From Azolla caroliniana (taxonomy: Eukaryota > Plantae > Polypodiophyta): a stretch of 64,000 nt of DNA. Positions 1 to 10,852 of this stretch are shown in pieces (the stretch's first letter is position 1; every line of letters starts with the position of its first letter). The position numbers and the translations under genes are program-made. The DNA is taken from contig JBHGNT010000015.1 in NCBI GenBank assembly GCA_043228905.1, positions 4,712,001 to 4,776,000 on the forward strand, in the 5' to 3' direction. The notes under the pieces were generated by a model. It was not told the DNA's origin. It ran no database searches and was given only the letters and a program-made list of their open reading frames with translations.

Positions 1-784
1 TAAATATATAAAAACTCCACCATTAAAATTGAAATGTGTGCAAATTGTCTTCCCAATGTAAAACAAAAAGCAAGAGATAATTCCAAAAACCGTTTCGTCT
101 AAGATTTGGGCTACCATGAAGATTTGAGCATACACAAAAAATCCAATTATTTTTGAAGATACTAGAAACTTCAACTTACACAAGTTTCAAAAATCACAAG
201 CTATGTAATGTTAATTTTGAAGACCGAAAACCTTTGACTATAAAGACCCAAAACCTAAAAATTAAAAACTGAATCCATACAAAAAACTCAAAGATCATGG
301 CCCTTGTGGGGAGGATGGCAAAACACAACCACAATTTTTGCAGCAATCAACATTTGATTCCCTTGAAGTCAAGGTCAAACCATCACAATGCAAACACCGA
401 GCCCTTGTTAGTCTCACATATTGACAACCACCTCTTAGCACGACGAGCAACTCTTTGTAGTCTTCCGACACGTGTTTTAGTCTTGTTTGGGGAGTTGCCA
501 ATAAGTTCTTGCAAGATTTCGAAGGTGGCACCTCTTTTCGCACGAATTTGCTGGTTCTAATTGGTTAAACATTCGGATGGTATATTGGAAGAAGGCAATG
601 CACGCATAGATGAGAAAATATGATTTCATAGATCTTCTATGAGTTGCCAACACTGCTCAACTTTAACCATGTTCATCGCTCTTGATCCTTGCTCAAGAAA
701 TTGAAGTGATTATATAGTTTGACATGTTTCTTACTTCATTTGTTCCCTTTCACCGACTTCTGCATTGAAAAACCTTAGATGCTC

Positions 785-815
785 TATGTATATGTATACA
801 TATACATATAGATAT

Positions 816-864
<49 letters not shown>
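785..864. repeat. Compound (TA)/(TACA)n/(CA)n microsatellite
   Basis: Directly visible simple repeat. Confidence 0.95.
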
Positions 865-866
<2 letters not shown>

Positions 867-1236
867 TGCAACCACCCGTGTGTCAAGCGGTAAGCAAACC
901 ACATCCAAGAGGGTGGAAAAGGGAGAAGTGGTTGTGACACATGACCGTGATCTTTAAGACATAAATTTGGTGAACACGACATGAAGTGTCACTAAGGGGA
1001 GTTTTGGAATTAAAGTTCGCCGCAACGGAGGTCAGAAAATTGAGAAGATGGGGAACAAGGGCTTCAACATAGAGATGACAAGTTTCATGATGATGATGAT
1101 GAGTCGTATGTTGTAGGAGTAGAGGTCGATGAACCAGATGGAAAGTGAATTAACACTCGCCATGTAGATGGTCATTGAGAGGATAAACAAATTCACCCGG
1201 TTCCTCGAGGTCTATGAATACGAAATGGCCAATAGA

Positions 1237-1286
1237 TGTCGAGACTTGAGAATAGGAGAGAGAAAGATAAGATGACGATAGAAGGT

Positions 1287-1331
<45 letters not shown>

Positions 1332-1689
1332 ACTAGAAATGGAAAGAGAGTTTATATTATAAGAGAGCAAGGATTACAAAGAGTAGGCTAAGGGGCTACA
1401 AACTGGTGTTGAATAGAATGAGTTGTGATGAATGAATAGACACCTATTTATAGGTCCTTATGGCGTATTCTAGAATGTTCTAGAATATTTTAGATATTTA
1501 TGATATTTAATATAATCATGGAATATCCTAGAATGTTCTAGAATACCCAAAATATCTTGTAATAACTAATAATACATTTATTATAACTATACATCATATA
1601 TGTTATTATAATGGTTAAAGGTCTAACATATAGACCAAGAAATCTTGGGCTCGAATCCTTGTAAGGCCAAAATGTATGTCTTCATGACA
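1237..1689 (-). repeat. Gy1 3' LTR
   Basis: Direct repeat of 6510-6943; adjacent polypurine tract (minus strand AAAAAGGGGGGATAA). Confidence 0.95.
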
Positions 1690-4600
1690 TTATCCCCCCT
1701 TTTTGACAACGACTTCCATGAGTTGGAAGACAAGATTTCGGACTTGGCTTATGGGGATATTTGTTGTGAAACGCAACATCCATTTCGGAGGCATTAGCAA
1801 AATTCTCGAGAGGTTCCCATGTTCGATCATTAGGTGTATATCCTAACCAGTCAACCAAATAATACAGTTTGTTGCGAACGATCTTGGAGTCAAGAATGGC
1901 AGCAACGTCATATTCGGAGCCATCCGAAACTTCTATTGGAGGTGGGGGAGATGTAAGACGACCTGGAATAGAGCTGGTTGTGTACGGCTGCAAAAGTGAA
2001 ACATGGAAGACCGGGTGAAGATGCATATGAGGGGGAAGATCAAGGCGAAAGGCCACATCATTGATCTTACCAGATATCACATATGGGCCAAAACATTGAT
2101 AATCCAATTTGCAACAAGGTTGGGTTGTTTTAATGCGACCTTGTAAAAGCCATACTTGATCTCCCACTTGAAACATAGTCGATGAATCACGTCGATGACG
2201 GTCGGAAACCTTCTTTTGAGTGTTTTGAGCATCACATAAATGGTGCAAAAGGATATCTTGAACTTCTTGGAGTCGGGTGAGCCGATCTTCAGCAACCGGG
2301 TTTGTCGGGAGTTCGAGATGTTCAACCATAGTCCAACGAGGATGGTACCCAATGTTTGCAAAAAATGTAGAATATCCAGTAGAAGAATGTTCTAAGTTGT
2401 TGTAAGCAAATTCCGCCAAATGTAATAGATCAACCCAATCATCTTGTTGATAGTTGACAAAACAATAAAGATATTGTTCTACTATTTGGTTGGTGCGCTC
2501 ACTCTGTTCGTTAGTTTCTGGATGGTAGCCGGAAGAGAGTTTGCAAGAAGTATGTAAGAGTTTGAACATGTGCCGCCAAAATTTTGAGATGAACTGGGGA
2601 CACCGATCACTAATAATATCATCAGGAAGACCATGATGCCGAAACACCTCTCGCATGAGTAACTCGGCTGTCTCTTGGCTTGTAATGGCCTTTGTGCAGG
2701 GAAGAAAATGTGCCATCTTGGTAAAACAATCTACTACCATGAGAATAGAATCAAAACCCTTGGAAGGTGGTAGATTCGTAATGAAGTCCAATGAAATAGA
2801 TTTCCATGGACTCTCAGGAATAGGCATTGGCTGTAATAAGCCATATGGATGATGTCGAGGTTTTTTGGATCGGCAACATGTATCACAACTACGAACATAA
2901 TCCGTAACAAAATGGCGAAGTCGTGCCGACCAATACCTTCGATAAATTAATGCCAAAGTCTTGTGGATGCCGAAATGTCCAACCATTGGTGTGTCATGAC
3001 ATTGTTGCAAGACTTGGAGTCGAGAAGGACCATCAGGCACATATAAGAGATTTTGTCGAAAAAAGTAAACCATCATGCCAATTGAACTGGTTGTCGTCTT
3101 GACGAGGATTTTGAGATTGTGAACAAGAAGCACGATCTGGGATAATATGGTTCAGAATGTCTTGGGTGAATTCATTAGTCTCAATATGCTCCCGAATGGA
3201 GTTCAGAAGACTTGAATCCTCGGGTGTGTCTATAGCATGAAATGCCATTAGTCGTAGACGGTTAGGACCCAAGAGGATTTGCTTCTGACTTTCCAATACG
3301 GCCTCTCCTGGTTGAAGTTCCATATATGAACGTTGAGATAAAGCATCTGCTTTTCCTTGTTGTGTCCCAGGGCGATATAGAATTACGAAATCAAAATGAG
3401 TTAAGAACTTCACCCAACGAGCTTGTCGACGACTCAAGACTCGAGCACTTTGGAAGTACGTTAGATTTTTGTGATCATTATAGACAATGATTTGTTGAGA
3501 TGAACCCTCCACAAAATGATGCCAATGTTGAAAAGAATCCACAATGGAAAGAGGCTCTTTGTTGTGAATCTCATAGTTGATTTCTGTAGCTTTGAATTTT
3601 CGTGAATGAAAAGCCACAAGGTGTAGTTGGTCATCATTGCTAATTTGGGATAATACGATCCTAGTGCGAAGTCAGATGCATCAGCTTCGAGTATAAATCA
3701 CCTCAATGGATCAACATGCATCAAAATTGGTGCGGATGTAAATTCTTTCTTTAATCATTCAAATGCAGAGTTTGCATTTATACTCCACACAAATGGTCGA
3801 TTCTTTTATGTCAGTTGAGTGAGGGGTAATACGATCTTTGAATAAGCTTTGATGAACTTGCGATAAAATTTTGCGAACCCCAAAAAACATTCTACATCTC
3901 GCACAGACTGTGGTGTTTGCCAATCCAAAACTATTTGAACCTTTGCTCGATCCATAGAGATGCCATGTGAAGAGACTATGTACCCCAAAAACTCCACTTG
4001 ATGCTGGTCGAAACTGCACTTCTCCAAATTTGCATAAGACCATATTCACACAACCATTGCAAAGCTTGTTGAACGTGTATATCATGATCCTCTTGAGTTT
4101 TTGAGTAGATCAAGATATCATCTAGGTAAACTATGACGAAAATATCGAGCAAATCTCGAAAAATGTCATTCGCCATATGTTTGAAAACTACTAGTGCATT
4201 CGTGAGACCAAATGGCATCACTGTATACTCAAAATGGCCATAGCGAGTACGGAAAGCAATCTTCCATTCATCCCCAGGACGAATTCGAACAAGATTGTAA
4301 GCACCTCGAAGATCTAACTTTGTGAAATACTTAGCTCCACTGAGGCGTTCCAGAAGGCTCGAAATCAATGGTAGAGAATATCAGTTTCAAATAGTTACTT
4401 TATTCAATCCTCGATAATCCACGACCAGACGAAGCGAACCATCTTTCTTCTTAATGAAAAATATGGGTGCGCCGGTAGGAGATCTTGAATGCTGGATAAA
4501 CCCATTCGCCAAGTTCTCATCGATATATTCCCGAAGAACCTCTAGCTCCGAGGGAAAAAGGTTATAAATTGGCCCCCATGGAGGCTCTTTTCCGGGCTGC

Positions 4601-5325
4601 AAATCAATTGGGCAATCATATGGTCGATGCTCTGGTAGTCTATTGGCCTTCACCTTATCAAACACATCGGAGAATTCTATATATTTCTTTGGTAGTTGGA
4701 TCCCCGATTCTTGTGAGCTCCATGTGGGAGTTGCTAAAACTGCGAACACCAACATGTCTTCCTTCCATCCTTCCTCACGTAACTGACGTATAGAGATTGT
4801 CGAAATCTTTTCGAATGTCATATCCTTTGTTGGAGTTTTAAGAGACTCAGATTGTATTGTGACCTCTTCAATGGTTCTTTTTCTCCAATCAATAGTTGGG
4901 TTATGTAGCTCAAACCATGGAAGACCAAGAACTAGGGAGTGATCTGGACTACTAATGATGTTAATTGAGATGACACTAGCCAAATTGCCTAGGACTACAC
5001 GAATTGGTTTAGACTCTTCAACTATATCACTTGATGCTATGGGGCGTCCATCAATGACTCCGATATACACTGGGCTTGGGAGCTTATGCAACTGAATATT
5101 ATGCATTACATCAAACTTATGATCCATGAAACAAGAGTTGTCTCCAGAGTCTAAGAGGGTAGAAGCTGGGACTCGATGGCACCTAGATGTGTTAAGCTCA
5201 ACTTGTGCAGAGAAAACTCAACTAACTTGACCAGGTGAAATGGAACCACAACTAGGGACAGACGTTACATGCCTAGGGTTGTCCAACCAAATGGTTTCGA
5301 TTTTGGCCGAACTTACTCGTTTAAC
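1682..5325 (-). pseudogene. Gy1 pol (PR, RT, RNase H, integrase, chromodomain), disrupted
   Basis: LLDSG protease, YLDD RT, RNase H FHSRK...NYEI, integrase with GPY motif, C-terminal chromodomain EYDVAAILDSK...YYLVDWLGY...TWEP. Split over five ORFs by stops and frameshifts. Confidence 0.93.
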
Positions 5326-6269
5326 ACATCATCTAATTGGCTCAAGACATCAAATGTATTTTTATGACAGGAACTATTAGGCCTACTTGGTTTATGAGAA
5401 GGCGGGGCAGAAATCGAGATGGGATTGTCATGAGCATTTACTTGGTTAACTTGTCGTCGTGGTTTATGTGGACAATTCACAACAATATGCCTTGGACCAC
5501 CACAATAGACGCATATACGATTCGCTCGCCATTGTTGCTTTTCAGCATCCGATAATGGTCCTCGACATCGTGTTGTCTCGATTTCCATTGGAGTAGGGCC
5601 TTCCAACACACTTGACTTTGATACTTGGGGTGAAGTTGCGACCACCGAAGCATATGTTTCTATTGGTCGGAAGCGTAACATTTGTTGGCGCTCAGAACGC
5701 CGCTCAAATAAGCGATCGTCACATCGCACAACCCGACTTACTACTTCAGTAAGATATTTTGGATCATCATGGAAGGTAAGAAGTAAATCCTTCACATCAT
5801 TGCGCAGACCTTGATGAAATTGGTCCATTAACGTTGCCTTGTCCCATGGAATATCACATGCTAGAAGGCGAAAATCTGTAGCATAAGCGGAAGCAGGAGG
5901 ATCTCCTTGTTGTAATCGCCGAATTTTGTTTATTATGGTCCCCATACTATCGGTGTCTTCAAAGTTGGCTTGGAACTCATTAATAAACCCTTCAAAATCT
6001 TCTAATAATGGTGAGTGCTTCTCTAGGAGTGGTGCAAACCATGCTAATGCGGTACCCGTTAACAAGGTACCAGCTAGTCCCACATGAGCAACATCAGTTG
6101 GGTAATGGCTAGGATGAAATTTAATCACAAGCCGTACCTGATTTAAAAATCCACGAAATTGAGACCTTGTACCGTCAAACTTGGACGACAGACTAATCTT
6201 GGGTTCCTTCAGTGAGGTTTGAACTTCCACTGCTTGTCGTTGCAATAGAGTAGTCTCCAATTGATGCAC
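5313..6269 (-). CDS. Gy1 Gag (retrotransposon gag domain + CCHC-type knuckle)
   Basis: ORF with KFDGTRSQFRGFL, PTPMEI and CVYCGGPRHIVVNC motifs; the true start is probably further upstream. Confidence 0.85.
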   Translation of the reverse strand: MHQLETTLLQRQAVEVQTSLKEPKISLSSKFDGTRSQFRGFLNQVRLVIKFHPSHYPTDVAHVGLAGTLLTGTALAWFAPLLEKHSPLLEDFEGFINEFQANFEDTDSMGTIINKIRRLQQGDPPASAYATDFRLLACDIPWDKATLMDQFHQGLRNDVKDLLLTFHDDPKYLTEVVSRVVRCDDRLFERRSERQQMLRFRPIETYASVVATSPQVSKSSVLEGPTPMEIETTRCRGPLSDAEKQQWRANRICVYCGGPRHIVVNCPHKPRRQVNQVNAHDNPISISAPPSHKPSRPNSSCHKNTFDVLSQLDDVLNE

Positions 6270-6496
6270 CCGTTGAGATAATTCTTCATATTATTGTACT
6301 TTCTCAGCACTTACTTGTTGTAGGCCTCCCAACAATCTTTCATTTTCATGCTCCAGTGCCACAAATTTCGTTGTTAGCATGTCGAGCTCGGAGAGAACAT
6401 GCATATATTCTTGCTTGTTGACGGACTCCATAGTTACGAGAGAAAATTGCTAGATTTGCTTGAATAAGGTTAAGATAAGAAGAACAATAGAGAGAT

Positions 6497-6507
6497 ATTT
6501 GGTTCAA
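6497..6507 (-). promoter_or_regulatory. Gy1 non-tRNA (self-priming type) primer-binding site
   Basis: Minus strand TTGAACCAAAT lies 2 nt inside the 5' LTR and is complementary (10/11) to LTR segment 6672-6682. No TGG-starting tRNA PBS. Confidence 0.7.
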
Positions 6508-6509
6508 AC

Positions 6510-6943
6510 TGTCGAGACTTGAGAATAGGAGAGAGAAAGATAAGATGACGATAGAAGGTATACACACACAAACACACACACACACAAAGACAACACTAGA
6601 AATGGAAAGAGAGTTTATATTATAAGAGAGCAAGGATTACAAAGAGTAGGCTAAGGGGCTACAAACTTGTGTTGAACCGAATGAGTTGTGATGAATGAAT
6701 AGACACCTATTTATAGGTCCTTATGGAATATTCTAGAATGTTCTAGAATATTTTAGATATTTAATATAATCATGGAATATCCTAGAATGTTCTAGAATAC
6801 TCTAAATATCTTGTAATAACTAATAATACATTTATTATAACTATATATCATATATGTTATTATAATGGTTAAAGGTCTAACATATAGACCAAGACGTCTT
6901 GGGCTCAAATCCTTGTAAGGCCAAAATGTATGTCTTCATGACA
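6510..6943 (-). repeat. Gy1 5' LTR
   Basis: Direct repeat of 1237-1689; TATA box (minus strand TATAAATA) at 6708-6715. Confidence 0.95.
6726..6748. promoter_or_regulatory. Perfect heat-shock element (5 alternating nGAAn units) in Gy1 LTR
   Basis: GAAtaTTCtaGAAtgTTCtaGAA about 11 bp upstream of the minus-strand TATA; 4-unit copy at 1468-1485. Confidence 0.7.
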
Positions 6944-8976
6944 ATAGAGAGGCAACCGAGTTACAGACAAACTTGATGTCTGAGCGAGGGTAATGAAACT
7001 ACAAGAGAAGTTTCGTGAAGAATAGATTGGGTTCCCTCAAGCATTGCTCGATGAATAAATGCTAGACTACGGAACCTGATTGTCTTGAAGAAAAGCTTTC
7101 TTGAGTGGTCCGACAAAGGGGGTAAAGGACTCTTAGTCTCAAAGTTACTGAGGGAATTTGAGGAGAGATACAATGAGCCCTCAGTAAGGGACCAAGAACT
7201 ATTACAATCAAGAAGGTGGATTTATTTTTCTAAATGGCAGATAAATTTTTCCAGAAACATCTAGCCAGTCTTCTAAAGGATCGGAAAACATGACTGATTT
7301 AGTGTCTGACTAGGTGAAGGTGCTAGAGGCTTATTGAATACTTAGAAGGAGGGCGTTTAGAATAGAGGATGACTATGATGGTAAGAAGAAGAAGACTACT
7401 AGAGAATATCCAAAACAAGAATCAAGAACCTAAGAGATTGCGAGCAAAGAAAAGGCGCATCGATAAGGCTAATAAAGGGAATTACAAGGAATTACAACTC
7501 AAGTTCGCGAAGCTTGAGAAGTGTGAAACCTTGGCTATCAAGCTGAAGCCCGACGAGGGAGAAAAGAGTGAATATGTCCGCCGCAATTGCATATGGTGCG
7601 ATAACACGGAGCACCTAAAAAAGGATTGTCAGAGTCACAAGGATGCATTGGAAAGAAACATTATCTTCAACCAAAATGGGAGAATCCACTCCTTTGAGAC
7701 CTCACAACCCCTAAAGTCCAACTTCGACAAAGGTGGGATGAAGAAGTTTATGGAGGATGTAGGGTTGAAGAATGTATAGGCAATGCACTTTTGGACAACC
7801 TCTAGAATAAAGGTTGGTGATCCCCAAATTGGATTAGGATTGTGGAGAAAGGTAATTGTGAAGTCAATTTTTGCTCATAAGAAAAGACCATGGCAAATAC
7901 ATCGGATGCTAAGGTGTATAAGAATAAAGCACAATATGAAAGGTTCAAGAGTTAAAAGACGAATGAAATTGAAAGGATATGAAGTTAGCGGTGTTTTCCA
8001 AAAGTAGAAAAAGCAGGAAAAAAGATAAAAGAAAAAAACGCATAAAAAAGGCAGAAAAAGCAAGGTAGAGAAAAAAGCTCGTAACTTCTTCATCTCATAT
8101 CCAAATTTCAAAAGAAAAGATTTGTAAGAAATTTGGATGACAAACCAGAAATAATGATATGAAAAACACATCACAAAAACTCGAGGATATGTAGAAAGAA
8201 AAGAAAAGAAAAAAGCAAGAATAACGCAACTAAAAACCTATAAATATGAGGGTATTCTTAGCAATTGGGAGAGACAAAGGGAGGAATAGAATATCTACAA
8301 GAAGAAGCGAGGAAGAATAAGAAGATTAGAAGAAGTGAGAAGAAGATTAGTTGAAGAAAGAGAGAAGAAGGAAAGACTATTTTGGCTAATAGTATATTGA
8401 AGTAGTTATTTGGGGTTGTTACTTTTGGAGTCTAAGAGGATTGTATTGTTTTCGTAATAGTATATTGAAGTATTCTTTTCTCTTCTTCTTCTCTTCTCTA
8501 TCTTTTTTCTTTCTCTCATCATCACTAATCAAGTCAGATAATGAAAAGGGAGTCCAACTGTAGGACTTATTCAAGGCTGGTGATGAGATAAGGAGTAGTA
8601 CTGGGTGGAATGACACATTAGATTCACTAACAACGATCACCAAGATAGCAAGAGTTAACACCCACTAGCAAGGTGTAAGTTGAAGAAAAAAGAAGAAGCA
8701 GGTCCATCAAGAAGACACAATAATTGAGAATAAAAAAGATGAGAAATGAAATGAACTATTACGGAGGCAATGGAGGAAGACCAAGGGAAGTAGAAGTTCT
8801 GCCCATAATTCAAACATCCACTGACCTAAAAAAGGTGTTAGGATCTAGGATTCTCAATGCGAAATTCGAGTTGACACTTCGAGAAGCCCTGAGGATCACA
8901 AAGGAGTTCCACGAAGTGATCATCGACGCAATCCAAAGAAAGAGAGTTTGGTTAAAGAAATGGGTAGTGTAAATAT
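6944..8976 (+). mobile_element. Old degenerate Gypsy-like gag remnant (host of Gy1; left part ~980-1236)
   Basis: CCHC knuckle CIWCDNTEHLKKDC in ORF 7369-7779, K/E-rich fragments, many stops. Sequence is continuous across the Gy1 TSD. Confidence 0.55.
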
Positions 8977-9512
8977 TGTTGGCATAAAAGGCCGACTCAA
9001 CCCAAATATTGTAGCTCTACTATGAACATGTCCTCACAATTAGGGCTAAGTTACCCTAACTATATATGAGAGACTGTGTATTATAAATTATATGTTTGGT
9101 GGTGAATGTAAAAATCTTTTTGAGCTAAATGTCTCTCATTCTCTCTCATTCTGTAACTGTTAGTTCTACTTGTTCTCCTTTGTAACAATACATGAGCATC
9201 CTTCTTTCTAGCTATCTATGTTGTCTTACTTTCAACTCAAACATAGGTCCTCAAACAAGATCCAGAAACATCAACATTCAACATTTGGTATTAGAGTGAT
9301 TTGCAGTTCAACAACAACATCAGAATAAACCCAAGAAGAGAGAATTGGCTGAAGCAAAAGACAAGGTCAACAAATCTCACTTCCAACAAAGATGTCTTTA
9401 ACATCTGGCACAATGTGGAAATCGGGAAGTTTGATGGCAAATTTTCGCTATGGAAGGAGATGATGTAGGATGTCCTCATCATCTGGTGACAAGTTGAAGC
9501 AATACGGCATAG
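8977..9512 (+). mobile_element. Copia H: 5' LTR (8977-9283), PBS and start of gag, truncated by insertion of Copia X
   Basis: TGTTGG...CAACA LTR, degenerate Met-i PBS TGGTATTAGAG at 9286, gag start KFDG..FSLWKEMM*DVL. LTR start and gag match Copia G at 54-55 kb. Confidence 0.8.
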
Positions 9513-9567
9513 TGTAAAGAATTGATGGTGATTCTTGTGTAGCGGAATAGGTTAGAGATGTGTATTA

Positions 9568-9626
<59 letters not shown>

Positions 9627-10852
9627 CACAAGATAGATTAGAAAATACTCAAGAAGATTGTATATTACAAAGGAGATTAACCGACATATTACAAAGTAAG
9701 AGAAGAGTGCTTTATATAGTCACTCTCTCTCTTCATTAACTACTGAAGCTCATGAGTCATTGGGAATGTGGAAACTCATTAGTTATGTGTCATAGAATAT
9801 GATTCTATGACACATAGTTAATGTGTAAAGTGTAGTGGTGTGACTTTTGACCTTTGAGTGTTCATACATTCTCAAGGGTGTGTTCACACACTAGGCTAGG
9901 TTGATCTTGATTATCAACACGCCCCATCAAGCTCAACTTTGGTCAGCTTGTCCGCTTCGGCTGGTACCTGGTTCGGACGGTATTCGGTTCTCTCTTGTTT
10001 GGTGTCTGCTTCGGCTGATACCCGGTTCAAACATACTCCCCCTCAAGCTTGGCAAGTCAAGGATCATCAATCCAAGGTCTGACATGAATTGCCGAAGATT
10101 GTCGGCTCCTAGGGATTTGGTGAAGATGTCGATTGTCTGAAGATTCGTGCTGATGTGTTGAAGGTCAACATCTCCAACCTGAATGCGCTCTCGAATGAAG
10201 TGATAGTGCACTTCGACATGCAACCACCGCCGCGCCCTGTATTCGGCCTCTATGCTCGAAAGAGCAACGGTTAGTTGTTTCTTGCTATTCCAGGAGATGG
10301 CTCCACTTTCGAGGGAGAAGACGAAACCAGAGGTTGATCGTTGATCGGCTTTGTAGCCGACCAAGTTGGCATCTGTGTACCCTTTGAGTTGAATTGGTGT
10401 GACCGACTTATAGAGAATGCCATAGTCCATTGTTCCACTCACGTATCGTAGCACTTGCTTAGCACAATCCGAATGGATATCTCGTGGATTTGCATGAATT
10501 GGCTAAGGAGGCCAACCGGATAGTTTACGCCGGGTCGAGTGATCGTGAGGTAGATGAGGCTCCCAATTAGTTGTCAATACTGAGTCGCTGCACACTCTGT
10601 GGTCCCAGAGTCGGCATCCAGTTTGAGGTTTTGATCGAGAGGGGTTGGCATAGATTTGCACTCCGTCATCCCGAACTTGTATAACTAGTTGAGTATGTAG
10701 TGCCGTTGAGAGATCATTACTCCGGTTGGAGTCCGGATTACCTCAATGCCAAGGAAGTAATGGAGCTCTTTCATATCCGTTATCTCGAATTTGTTGGAGA
10801 GGAGGAACTTGACCTTGTTGATGTCGACAAGATGCTCACCTCCGATGACCAG

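Larger units (their letters stand above)
1237..6943 (-). mobile_element. Gy1: full-length, decayed Ty3/Gypsy chromovirus (Tcn1/Tf-like)
   Basis: LTRs at 1237-1689 and 6510-6943 (TGTC...GACA). Perfect TSD ATAGA (1232-36, 6944-48). PPT next to 1690. Domain order gag-PR-RT-RH-INT-chromodomain. Confidence 0.95.

Noticed and set aside
295-720. Short ORFs at the window start
   Set aside because: No recognisable domain; possibly a decayed element, but unassignable without a search.
1597-1669. Functional tRNA gene in the Gy1/Gy2 LTRs
   Set aside because: The acceptor stem cannot pair; kept only as an A/B-box cassette.
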